From Candidatus Woesebacteria bacterium (GTDB taxonomy: Bacteria > Patescibacteriota > Saccharimonadia > Saccharimonadales > EFPC-124), in the NCBI GenBank assembly GCA_050115675.1, contig JASFQB010000004.1, positions 7,601-71,600 of the forward strand: a stretch of DNA of 64,000 bases, read 5' to 3'. The position numbers and the translations under genes were made by a program. Shown one piece after another: positions 37,554 through 45,879 of this stretch. A model generated the notes under the pieces. That model saw only the letters and a program-made list of their open reading frames with translations. It did no database searches and was not told the origin of the DNA. Every line of letters begins with the position of its first letter. The stretch's first letter is position 1.

Positions 37554-38210
37554 ATGTTTTCACTGCTACTAATAGTCGCCATGGGCGCACTAACAATTTA
37601 CAGTTTTATAAAACCAGCCGAACCTGTTGATTTGGTGGTTTCTACTCGTTTGGGCGAAAAGCTTGAACGTTTGTGGGATATTGCGCATGAGGGAATCCGC
37701 GAGCAAAAATACCTACGAGCAGAAAAAGCCTTGCTTACAATTTTGCGCGTTGATGAGCGAAACGCTACTGCCTATAACCGTTTAGGCATTCTTTACGCAA
37801 AGCAAAGGGCATACAAAAACGCCATAGAATGTTTTGAAATTGCACAAAGTCTAGAGCCAAGCGCGTCAAGCTTGCACAACGTTGGGCTAATTTATTACGA
37901 AACAGGCCAATACGACAAAGCTGCCCTGGCGTTTGAGCAAGCAATAGAAATTGAAAGTTCGCTTGCAGCTCGCCACATTGCGTACGCTAAAGTTCAAGAA
38001 AAACTCGGTCACGCCAAAAAGATGATTGGCGCACTAGAAAAAGCCGTAGAAATTGAGCCAAATCCGCAATCGCTTACGATTTTAGCAGACGCCTACGAGC
38101 GCAGCGGAGAGGATATTTTGGCTGCTTCAATACGAGAAAAAGTCAAGGAAATAGTAACCGCCCCTCAGTCTGCCAAAAAAATCCATCAGCCGCGCCGTGT
38201 TGTGATGTAG
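37554..38210 (+). CDS. TPR-repeat protein with N-terminal TM helix
   Basis: Repeated A..YN.LG..Y...Y..A...FE.A 34-aa units. Confidence 0.75.
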   Translation: MFSLLLIVAMGALTIYSFIKPAEPVDLVVSTRLGEKLERLWDIAHEGIREQKYLRAEKALLTILRVDERNATAYNRLGILYAKQRAYKNAIECFEIAQSLEPSASSLHNVGLIYYETGQYDKAALAFEQAIEIESSLAARHIAYAKVQEKLGHAKKMIGALEKAVEIEPNPQSLTILADAYERSGEDILAASIREKVKEIVTAPQSAKKIHQPRRVVM

Positions 38211-38276
38211 ATGTAGTTATATCATTAAAACCGCTCGCTTTTTAGGCGACTATGCCTATACTTGCGAGCGGATTTT

Positions 38277-38708
38277 TTAGCCCAACAATCGACTTACTAA
38301 CCAGTCTTCAGTTTCTGCCAACCCTTCGAAGATTGGAGCGTAGGGGAAGCGACCAGACAGATCAGTATAAGCTTTTTTGCTTGCAGTAACAGCGTGTTTT
38401 GCGCTTAGACTTGTGTGGTCGAAAACTGCAACTACTCGCGCTGTATCGTATTGAGCCATTGTAGCTTCGACCATAGAGTATGCACTTTGTGAATTGCCCA
38501 GCTCCATTGGATCACCAAGGTAGAAAAATAGATAGTCTGCGCTTTTTTTGACCTGATCCTCGCGCCTACGCGCCTCGTCATTCCAATCTGCGACAACTGG
38601 ATCGTAAAACCAACCACGCCGACAGCCGCGCGCAACCATACGGTCGACAAAGCCATTACGCCAATTATTATTGCCGCAAGTCCCGCCCAGAAACACCAGC
38701 TTGCCCAT
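38277..38708 (-). CDS. Nucleoside 2-deoxyribosyltransferase-like (Rossmann/SLOG-like) protein
   Basis: N-terminal KLVFLGGTCGNNNWR pattern and size recall the Nuc_deoxyri_tr2-type family; weak call. Confidence 0.4.
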   Translation of the reverse strand: MGKLVFLGGTCGNNNWRNGFVDRMVARGCRRGWFYDPVVADWNDEARRREDQVKKSADYLFFYLGDPMELGNSQSAYSMVEATMAQYDTARVVAVFDHTSLSAKHAVTASKKAYTDLSGRFPYAPIFEGLAETEDWLVSRLLG

Positions 38709-38789
38709 GATTTATCTCCAATGGTAGATAGGCGTCTGCATCGTATAATACAACATTTCGCAATAAAACTCACTATCAACCAGCCAGGC

Positions 38790-38818
38790 TTGGCAACAAG
38801 CTAAAAAACTGCTACAAT
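38790..38818 (+). promoter_or_regulatory. Candidate promoter for the tRNA-Thr/tRNA-Tyr pair
   Basis: TTGGCA-17 nt-TACAAT, 13 nt before the tRNA 5' end. Confidence 0.5.
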
Positions 38819-38831
38819 TTCTCTGTTATAT

Positions 38832-38907
38832 GCCGACATAGCTCAGTGGCCAGAGCGGCTGTTTTGTAAACAGCGGGTCGTGGGTTCAAATCCCTCTGTC
38901 GGCTCCA
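38832..38907 (+). tRNA. tRNA-Thr (anticodon TGT), CCA encoded
   Basis: Manual cloverleaf: acceptor gccgaca/tgtcggc, anticodon loop ttTGTaa, T-loop ttcaaat (one U-U in the T-stem). Confidence 0.9.
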
Positions 38908-38911
38908 GTTT

Positions 38912-38997
38912 GCTGGGATAGCGAAGTGGTCAAACGCATCTGACTGTAAATCAGACGACATTAGTCTTCGGGGGTTCGACTCCCTCTCCCAGCACCA
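38912..38997 (+). tRNA. tRNA-Tyr (anticodon GTA), long variable arm, CCA encoded
   Basis: Acceptor gctggga/tcccagc, anticodon loop ctGTAaa, 15-nt variable arm, T-loop ttcgact. Confidence 0.9.
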
Positions 38998-39005
38998 GTA
39001 CAAAC

Positions 39006-39035
39006 ACCAGCATTAAGCTGGTTTTTGTATTTTTT
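39006..39035 (+). terminator. Terminator after the tRNA pair
   Basis: accagc/gctggt hairpin followed by TTTTTGTATTTTTT. Confidence 0.7.
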
Positions 39036-39084
39036 AGACATTTTACATAAAAAATAAGGCTCAAAGGCCATATTTACATAATTT

Positions 39085-39159
39085 TGGAGCCTCGACCGAG
39101 ACTTGAACTCGGGACCCCTTCCTTACCATGAAAGTGCTCTACCGCTGAGCTATCGAGGC
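39085..39159 (-). tRNA. tRNA-Thr (anticodon GGT), CCA encoded
   Basis: Reverse complement folds: acceptor gcctcga/tcgaggc, anticodon loop atGGTaa, T-loop ttcaagt. Confidence 0.9.
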
Positions 39160-39170
39160 ATAACAGAGCG

Positions 39171-39199
39171 ATTATACCAATAATTATCCCTTTTGCCAA
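39171..39199 (-). promoter_or_regulatory. Candidate promoter for tRNA-Thr(GGT)
   Basis: On the minus strand TTGGCA-17 nt-TATAAT, 11 nt before the tRNA 5' end. Confidence 0.5.
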
Positions 39200-39212
39200 G
39201 ACAAGACGCTTA

Positions 39213-39241
39213 TTGCAAACGTCGTTCATACGTGCTATAAT
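39213..39241 (+). promoter_or_regulatory. Candidate promoter for rpmG
   Basis: TTGCAA-17 nt-TATAAT. Confidence 0.45.
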
Positions 39242-39281
39242 TCTATTCAATTGACAGCATATAAGTAATAAGGTTTTATTG

Positions 39282-39449
39282 ATGGCTAAGAAAAAAGGAA
39301 CTGTTAAAGTTGTTACGCTAAAGTGCGTTGAAGATGGTCGCAGTGTTTACCAAACTCGTCGCAACACAAAGAACGGTGAACGTCTTGAGCTTAAAAAGTT
39401 CAACAAGTTTTTGCGTCGCGTAACTTTGCACCGCGAACTTAAAAAGTAA
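39282..39449 (+). CDS. rpmG: 50S ribosomal protein L33 (non-zinc form), not in ORF track
   Basis: Hand translation MAKKKGTVKVVTLKCVEDGRSVYQTRRNTKNGERLELKKFNKFLRRVTLHRELKK; bL33 pattern with a single Cys. Confidence 0.9.
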   Translation: MAKKKGTVKVVTLKCVEDGRSVYQTRRNTKNGERLELKKFNKFLRRVTLHRELKK

Positions 39450-39531
39450 TCTTTTGAGATGGATATCATAAAAATAGCAGCTATTTTAGTTGCTATTTTT
39501 GTTCGCGTCAAGATATGAGATAATATCGTCC

Positions 39532-40005
39532 ATGACCAACATATTGGCAGTTGCAGAAACTATTGCCCGTAATGCTCACAGTGGACAGCTGTATGGCGGC
39601 AAAGATTATGTAGCGGCTCATGTCATCCCAATTGTTTCAACAATTAATCGACTAGGCTATAATGACTTGCATCAAGCAGCAGGCTGGTTGCACAACACTA
39701 TAGAAGATACAAAAGTCACCGCCGATCTCCTTAAAAGATACGGAATACCCACTCAGGTAATTTGCGCAGTACAGACCATGACTAAACATGCCAGCGAGAG
39801 CCACAATGCCTATCTACAACGAGTACTTTCTAACCCTATGTCAATTGTGGTTAAATTTGTGGATTCATCAATTAACCTGGCGAATACGCTGCTAAATTCG
39901 TCCGACATGAATGTTGCCGACTTTAGACAACTAACTGACGAATACACAAGAAACATTGCTGTACTGCGACCACGACTACCCTCACCATACACGGTCATTG
40001 GCTAA
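39532..40005 (+). CDS. HD-superfamily protein related to the RelA/SpoT (p)ppGpp-hydrolase domain, with HD changed to HN
   Basis: ARNAHSGQLYGGKDYVAAHVIPIV...AAGWLHNTIEDT...VKFVDSSINL parallels the SpoT blocks AH.GQ..G.PY..H, LLHD.IEDT, VKLADRLHN. Confidence 0.55.
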   Translation: MTNILAVAETIARNAHSGQLYGGKDYVAAHVIPIVSTINRLGYNDLHQAAGWLHNTIEDTKVTADLLKRYGIPTQVICAVQTMTKHASESHNAYLQRVLSNPMSIVVKFVDSSINLANTLLNSSDMNVADFRQLTDEYTRNIAVLRPRLPSPYTVIG

Positions 40006-40012
40006 GCAAATA

Positions 40013-40045
40013 TACCCGCCTATCAATTTACGTATGATAGGCGGG
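40013..40045. terminator. Bidirectional terminator between convergent genes
   Basis: Perfect 12-bp stem acccgcctatca/tgataggcgggt. Confidence 0.7.
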
Positions 40046-40076
40046 TGTTTAAAATAACAGACTCATGCTCCAAAAA

Positions 40077-40742
40077 TCATTTCTGATATGAACGTTTTTT
40101 ATCAAGTTCGTCAGCAAGCCATACACCGACTCTTAGCATCTCCTGCAAATTCTTTACAGTTATGGACATGTTTGTGGCATATATAATTAAGGTGTCATCA
40201 TCGATTTCGTAATCAAATTGCTTAAAATGATGCGCCAGCATTGCGGTTATTTCAGGACTAATCATTGAACGCACCTTGTTTATGTCACTTTGATTTGCCA
40301 AGATCTTAAAATATTTTAAAAATTGCGGATCATCCTGCAAAAAACTACCATATAAATTTTCGTGCTTACTATATTTGGCAAAAAAATCATAATAAAACGA
40401 TTTTTCATGGTGATTTGCGTCTAAAAATACATGTGGCAGCCCCTTGCTTTTAAGATCAATCTGCATAATTTGCCATTTGTAGTTTTTTGATTGCCCAGGC
40501 AAAAAGTTTAGCGTATTTTGACGCTCGACCACAACAACATCGCGCCCCCTAAAGCTACCCATGGCACAATAGTCGTCTTTATGACTTACACTAAGCGTGA
40601 CGCCACGAACAACCCATTGGTCGCTTTCATGTTGATTTATTTTGCCAAAATACACAAATTTAAATTTTGAGGCAAATTGTTTTATCGCCCTTTTTGCAGC
40701 AACATCTTGTACTGTCGAAATTTTACTTTTTAGTATGTTCAT
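40077..40742 (-). CDS. Hypothetical protein (221 aa), last gene of the glycogen operon
   Basis: ORF overlapping the GH15 3' end by 20 nt (start ATG 40742); no motif recognised. Confidence 0.6.
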   Translation of the reverse strand: MNILKSKISTVQDVAAKRAIKQFASKFKFVYFGKINQHESDQWVVRGVTLSVSHKDDYCAMGSFRGRDVVVVERQNTLNFLPGQSKNYKWQIMQIDLKSKGLPHVFLDANHHEKSFYYDFFAKYSKHENLYGSFLQDDPQFLKYFKILANQSDINKVRSMISPEITAMLAHHFKQFDYEIDDDTLIIYATNMSITVKNLQEMLRVGVWLADELDKKRSYQK

Positions 40743-42723
40743 GTGGCTCCGCTTGTTCAATTGACTCAAATGGATCTGAAGCCAAATCTATTACCGAGTT
40801 TACAAACTCGGCCTGACTCCACGCCAGTGGAGCAACCGACGAAAATGCTTGAGTTTGAGAATTTATTTGTTCAGACAAGACTCCGCTCTCCAACATATTA
40901 TCCTTTACCCAGTTTATTATACGCCTAGCTTGCGGCGCTCGACCAGTCTCTATGTAGTATTGCGCCATCCAAAGAGTGGTTACAAACCAAGGGTTGCCCA
41001 GGCTGCTAGGGTCGGTACGGTTATAGCTATCATATTCGTAACGGGGAATAGAAAAGGCGGTCTTATCGTTAAAACCAAAAGTTCGTTCTAAGGTTAGATA
41101 AGACTGTTCAACTTCGTCTGACCCTACATCGAACAGACCAAACATAAACGCTCCATAAAAGCTTGATACGTCAACGGTTTCATCATATTTTATATTTGCG
41201 TGGCCCTCTTTGTCTTTTGTCCGCAAAAAACCTTTATAAAAGAACTGCTTATCTCTATTAAATAGCATATTGCGTGCGGAGTGCTGGATATCGTCCGCTA
41301 CAACTTGCCAGCGCAAAAACTCTTGCTGGCGCCCCATAACCTCGGCCAAACGTGCACTAGCCAACAGAGCTGCATGGACTACGGCAGTCGTATATGTTGT
41401 AGTTAATAGCTTTTCTTCCCACAAATCGTAAGAGGCGCGCGGTAACTTGGTTATGTCATCAATATAACTAGCCAAAAAGTTTGCAGCTGGCCTAACTAGC
41501 GAGTCATAAAACTCTTGTAGCATTTGATCATCTTTTGTCGCCTCGTAGTACTGGCCAAGCAAAAATAGTACAATGGCTGTTTCGTCCTCTTGTATTGGAG
41601 GAATAACGCGCCCTGCCGCACAATAGGGATGCCAACTGCTTCCAAGCGTGCCATCTGACATGTATTTATGCATCAAATAGCCCTCTGGCTGCAAAGCGTG
41701 TCTACAAAAGTATAAAAAGTTTTTTACTTCTTCGTAGTAGCCCATGCGCAATAACGGCCACAAAACAAACGCTGCATCGCGCGGCCAACAATAGGCATAG
41801 GCATCGCGCGAGTAGTTTAACATTGTAGTATCTACAGCAGCTATAACAGCGCCACGCTTATCTATATGAGCTTTAATAATAAGCAAACTATCAATCAGCG
41901 GGTTTGCAAACTCTTTGTCTACATGATACAAATAGTTTTTTGCAGGCTTTAGCCAATCATGCCAGTAAGTGGCAGTTTTTAACATTCGTTTATGTATGCC
42001 TTCTATGCGAATTCTTCTAAAAATATGCAGGGCCTCGCGATGCTCTAAACCCGCGGACACCCAATAGGTTAACCGTTTTGATTCGTGAGCTTCTATAAAC
42101 AAGTTAAAACCCATCACCGAATCAACGCTGCCGTGCTCTACAGGATTGCCGCTCAAAACACCATCCTCAGCATCTTTATACGTACCTTCTTTGCCCTCAA
42201 TAGCGTAAACTCCAACAGAGTACTGATCAAAAGGCTCACCCTCAGATGTTTGCGCCCCAAAAACAAATGCGCGACTACCTTTATAGTGCAAAATTGCGTT
42301 GTCTAGCGGTAAATATTGCGCAGTGTCACCATTAAGACTGTTGCTAATGCGCATAACTTGATGCAAAAATATACGAATTTCGCGTGGGGTATCCCATTCG
42401 TTTACTACGTGAATGTTTTGAATAAAGGCGTTAAAATCCGCATCCACACAATTTTGCAGCTGCACCAAAACTCCAAGACGATCGTTGCGCGCAGTAACTT
42501 CGCCAATTAAAGCGTCGCGTTCGTATTTTATTTTAAATGACCAATTACCGTCATCTAGCCAGCTAAATCCATTTGCTGTCCAAACGCCAATTTTCCACCT
42601 CATATGACCTGCTGCTGCATGGTTTTCTAGACCAACATAAGGATAGTAAAAGTCATGAATTTCGCCATAAAGATTAATACCCACATTTAACGAACCATTG
42701 CTTAAAATTAGTGGACGAGTCAT
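40723..42723 (-). CDS. Glycoside hydrolase family 15 (glucoamylase/glucodextranase-like)
   Basis: AYAYCWPRDAAFVLWPL and (alpha/alpha)6-type C-terminal region typical of GH15. Confidence 0.8.
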   Translation of the reverse strand: MTRPLILSNGSLNVGINLYGEIHDFYYPYVGLENHAAAGHMRWKIGVWTANGFSWLDDGNWSFKIKYERDALIGEVTARNDRLGVLVQLQNCVDADFNAFIQNIHVVNEWDTPREIRIFLHQVMRISNSLNGDTAQYLPLDNAILHYKGSRAFVFGAQTSEGEPFDQYSVGVYAIEGKEGTYKDAEDGVLSGNPVEHGSVDSVMGFNLFIEAHESKRLTYWVSAGLEHREALHIFRRIRIEGIHKRMLKTATYWHDWLKPAKNYLYHVDKEFANPLIDSLLIIKAHIDKRGAVIAAVDTTMLNYSRDAYAYCWPRDAAFVLWPLLRMGYYEEVKNFLYFCRHALQPEGYLMHKYMSDGTLGSSWHPYCAAGRVIPPIQEDETAIVLFLLGQYYEATKDDQMLQEFYDSLVRPAANFLASYIDDITKLPRASYDLWEEKLLTTTYTTAVVHAALLASARLAEVMGRQQEFLRWQVVADDIQHSARNMLFNRDKQFFYKGFLRTKDKEGHANIKYDETVDVSSFYGAFMFGLFDVGSDEVEQSYLTLERTFGFNDKTAFSIPRYEYDSYNRTDPSSLGNPWFVTTLWMAQYYIETGRAPQARRIINWVKDNMLESGVLSEQINSQTQAFSSVAPLAWSQAEFVNSVIDLASDPFESIEQAEPHEHTKK

Positions 42724-43937
42724 TTACTGCGCTCCTTGTGCGCGTCTAAAATCCGCAGTTTTAAATCTCTAAGCACATTCATATAATTTACAAAACCATC
42801 ATAAGGCGAGTCGTACGGGCTAAAATAGGCATGTACATCACCATCCGTAAACCACTTAGTGCACATATAGTAAAAATGATCAGAGGTTTGCAACTTGCGC
42901 CAGTCATTAATTATCGTATTGTCGCCACTGGTAAGTACAATTTCTTCTAAATTATACAAGCTATTTATAGCTTGCTGTTGCATTGTGTTGCCCAACCAGG
43001 CCGTTAAATCACGCTCAGCGTCTGCCCAGGTAATTGTTTGAGGCGCGTCTATTTGCCCCTTTGGCTCAAATTTATCTATTGCCTCACTTGGAGTTACAAA
43101 CATATTGCCGTTAAATTTACCAAATTCTGCTGGCAGAGCAGTTAAAAAGTCAAATATTCCATGCTCTTTCCACTGATGCTCGCCAAACGTTTCGTAGTCC
43201 ATAAACAAATTTACCAATTGTTGGTCAGAAGGAAGGGCATTTAGCCAATGTGTAAATTTTTTGACTGTTAGTGGCCACTCAGCCCAGCTGCGGTCAGAGA
43301 ACCTAAACGCAATATCATCCGAAAGTTTATAATTTTTGAGTAACAATCTGATATTTTTAGTATTAATAGGACGATATACATGGTTTGGGCTTTGCTGATT
43401 TAGAATCCTATCCCAACCTTCAGCTACAATCCCCTTATACCCAGCTTGATCAGCCCAGGCGGCAACATCGTTGTTATACGCAAGCTCGGTATTTCTAAAC
43501 ACAACAGGTACAATTCCAAAAATGTCTTGAATTTTTTGGTGATGCATGTGCACTTGCTTTTCAAACTCAAACATAGAGTAAAAAAACGCCAAGCTGTGAT
43601 AGTAAGTCTCGGCCAAAATCTCTACTCGCCCTGTGGCCACTAAACGCTTAAAACTATCTAGTGTTTGAGGTGACCAAGCTTCAAGTTGGTCCAATAAAGT
43701 GCCCGTAATAGATAGTGCTAACTTAAATTCTGGATGATCTTTAAGAAGTTTTAGCAAACATTCATTGGTCTTAAGGTAAGATTTGTGCGCAACCTTTTGC
43801 AGAACATCATAGTTTATATCGTGCCCGTCTTTAACCATGGCAAAGTAATTGCTGTTTTTTCCTGCATCAAAAACACTATAGCCTGCCACTCTGTAGGGCT
43901 GATGCGCGTGCAAGTAAAGGCAAATGGAGCGACTCAT
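42720..43937 (-). CDS. Glycoside hydrolase family 57 (alpha-amylase/branching-enzyme-like)
   Basis: N-terminal LYLHAHQPYR and MDYETFGEHQW (nucleophile Glu region) GH57 signatures. Confidence 0.8.
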   Translation of the reverse strand: MSRSICLYLHAHQPYRVAGYSVFDAGKNSNYFAMVKDGHDINYDVLQKVAHKSYLKTNECLLKLLKDHPEFKLALSITGTLLDQLEAWSPQTLDSFKRLVATGRVEILAETYYHSLAFFYSMFEFEKQVHMHHQKIQDIFGIVPVVFRNTELAYNNDVAAWADQAGYKGIVAEGWDRILNQQSPNHVYRPINTKNIRLLLKNYKLSDDIAFRFSDRSWAEWPLTVKKFTHWLNALPSDQQLVNLFMDYETFGEHQWKEHGIFDFLTALPAEFGKFNGNMFVTPSEAIDKFEPKGQIDAPQTITWADAERDLTAWLGNTMQQQAINSLYNLEEIVLTSGDNTIINDWRKLQTSDHFYYMCTKWFTDGDVHAYFSPYDSPYDGFVNYMNVLRDLKLRILDAHKERSK

Positions 43938-45160
43938 ACGCGAACCTCTTTTGCAGTAGTTTTTGAATATAAACCACCAATTTTTTGCGCAACATCACGC
44001 CATGACATGTTCTTAAATTCGGCATGCGATTTAGTGAGCAGTTCGTGATGTAGACTAGGGTAATAGGTTGCCGCAAGTATATAATCGGCCATTTTTTGCG
44101 TATCCCAGTAGTCAAACTTTAAAACATTTTTTAGCACCTCACCAACACCCGATTGCTTAGAAATTAAAGCTGGAGTGCCACAACCAATTGCCTCTAGTGC
44201 TGCAATGCCAAAAGGCTCCGAAACAGACGGCATTACAAACACGTCACCAATAGCAAAAGCATCTCGCCACTTTTTCCCGCGCACAAATTGCCCTGTAAAA
44301 ATAACATTTTGACTAATGCCCAAATCTGCGCTAAGCTGCAACAGCTCGTGATATTGTTCGCCACTGCCAGCAATTAAAAACAGTATTTTAGAATTTTTTT
44401 GTATAACCAATTTTGCAGCCATTAGTAATTGAGTCAGACCTTTTTGCACAGCAAGCCTGCCAACATTTACCACGACTTTGTAGCCATACTGCTTCATTTT
44501 GCTTAAATACACATAAACATTATCACCGTCAATTGGGTTAAAACTTTCAGCATCTATGCTATTATGGACAACCTCAACTTTATTTGACGGAATTTGATAA
44601 TTACTTGCAATAATATCTTTTGTAGATTGACTTACCGCAATAACGCGATCTGCCATCATTAAAGTATTGTATTCAATATCATGAATTAACGGATTGCCCG
44701 AATGTCCGCCAGCACGATCAAACTCGGTAGCATGAACATGTGCAATTAGTGGCTTTTGACTAAGTTTTTTAGCACATGCAGCCGCCTCGAATGTTAGCCA
44801 ATCATGCGCATGAATAGCGTCGTAATTACTTTTTTTAACAATTTTGCTTACAGCTTTAGTATATCCAGACTGTAAATTGCGAAGCTCAGACATATGCGCA
44901 GATATATTGCCGATTTTAGGTGGCTCAAGTTTAGTATTATATACATTTTCGAGGCCACTTCTGCAAAGCTGCCCATGCGCGCAGGACAATGCAGGGACGA
45001 CATTCATAAAATCTATTTGATTGTGATCATCTTGATATGGAACTACAAAATCAATTTCGACACCACGCGTCGACAAGGCCTTGCAAAGTTCAAAGCAGGC
45101 AACGCCCAAACCTCCGGTATTATAAGGTGGCAGTTCCCACCCAAGCATTAAAATCTTCAT
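43934..45160 (-). CDS. Glycogen-synthase-like glycosyltransferase (GT-B, GT4/GT5)
   Basis: MKILMLGWELPPYNTGGLGVA N-terminus; C-terminal E..G....EA motif (PSVSEPFGIAALEA). Confidence 0.8.
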   Translation of the reverse strand: MKILMLGWELPPYNTGGLGVACFELCKALSTRGVEIDFVVPYQDDHNQIDFMNVVPALSCAHGQLCRSGLENVYNTKLEPPKIGNISAHMSELRNLQSGYTKAVSKIVKKSNYDAIHAHDWLTFEAAACAKKLSQKPLIAHVHATEFDRAGGHSGNPLIHDIEYNTLMMADRVIAVSQSTKDIIASNYQIPSNKVEVVHNSIDAESFNPIDGDNVYVYLSKMKQYGYKVVVNVGRLAVQKGLTQLLMAAKLVIQKNSKILFLIAGSGEQYHELLQLSADLGISQNVIFTGQFVRGKKWRDAFAIGDVFVMPSVSEPFGIAALEAIGCGTPALISKQSGVGEVLKNVLKFDYWDTQKMADYILAATYYPSLHHELLTKSHAEFKNMSWRDVAQKIGGLYSKTTAKEVRV

Positions 45161-45283
45161 TATTGCGCGATGATTATAGTAACTCTTATTATAGTATAAG
45201 CGTTATGAATACCATATTCAATCCTACGCAAAATATGTGATACCATTCTTGGTAGCATACACATCGACGGATAGGAGCATGCC

Positions 45284-45754
45284 GTGATTCGGCACGAGGG
45301 AGAGCAGGATCATCTTGTGGAAACATACGAGGCGCAAGACTGGAGCTACTTGGCATCCACAACCGACCTTCACGAAAGAACAAGAATCACGTGGAACAAT
45401 AAATGTCTTAGCATGATCTTTAAAGGCCTTGTGGGTAAACATTGTGGCAGCGGAGTTGCCCATAAGCACAGAAGAGCTGTGACACATCTTGCATTTCTGT
45501 ACGTTAGCGTACCCGCAAGCGAGATGCCAAGAAGATGCAAAGAAAGCGCACGAGAATTCGGGGCACGCAAAACAATGCATGCAGCAATGACCTGCCTGCA
45601 CATTCACGAACTAGAGCACACGATACCGCGCAGTCCCTTTGACGAATTACAGTTTGTTAGAAGAGTTGTTATCACAACTTCAACAGAGCTAAGCGAAATT
45701 CCACCATTTTACGCGCAGAACACCGAATGGTGGAGGGCGTATAGAATAGACTAG
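45284..45754 (+). CDS. Hypothetical protein (156 aa) containing an HExxH motif
   Basis: GTG start 6 nt after AGGAG; purine-rich first codon positions. Overlapping minus-strand ORFs look like shadows. HIHELEH motif; stop abuts hairpin ggggctagaa/ttctagcccc. Confidence 0.4.
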   Translation: MIRHEGEQDHLVETYEAQDWSYLASTTDLHERTRITWNNKCLSMIFKGLVGKHCGSGVAHKHRRAVTHLAFLYVSVPASEMPRRCKESAREFGARKTMHAAMTCLHIHELEHTIPRSPFDELQFVRRVVITTSTELSEIPPFYAQNTEWWRAYRID

Positions 45755-45879
45755 GTAAGCGGGGCTAGAATTTCTAGCCCCAACAAACTATCTCGGGCTA
45801 TGGTAAAATATGGCAATTCGTGTTATAATTAACCCAAGTTATTAATTAGCCACTTATGGGCTAGATTACCAATGTATTT

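Noticed and set aside
38432-38779. 115-aa alternative-frame ORF overlapping the 143-aa deoxyribosyltransferase-like gene
   Set aside because: It is on the same strand in a different frame. The 143-aa frame has the recognisable N-terminal Rossmann-like motif, while the overlapping frame looks like noise.
38812-39003. 63-aa minus-strand ORF
   Set aside because: It is the reverse complement of two adjacent tRNA genes (Thr-TGT, Tyr-GTA), so it is an artefact.
39459-39518. 19-aa hydrophobic mini-ORF (MDIIKIAAILVAIFVRVKI) right after rpmG, considered as a secE remnant or micro-membrane protein
   Set aside because: There is no convincing SD, it is very short, and it has no SecE motif. The support is insufficient.
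45224-45607. 127-aa Cys-rich minus-strand ORF (and two further minus-frame ORFs) in the glgA-typA spacer
   Set aside because: There is no SD, and its first codon positions are T-rich, as expected for the antisense shadow of the plus-strand ORF. It is kept only as an alternative in the finding for 45161-45879.
45161-45879. Possible RNase P RNA, tmRNA or SRP RNA in the long GC-richer spacer
   Set aside because: I looked on both strands for GAGGAAAGTCC / ACAGAA..GGCTTA (RNase P), a tRNA-like GGTTCGA..CCACCA 3' end with a tag ORF (tmRNA), and the SRP GGAA/AGCA motif. I found only short partial resemblances (GGTAAAC, GAAGGTCGG) in the wrong order or spacing. A covariance-model scan would be needed for certainty.
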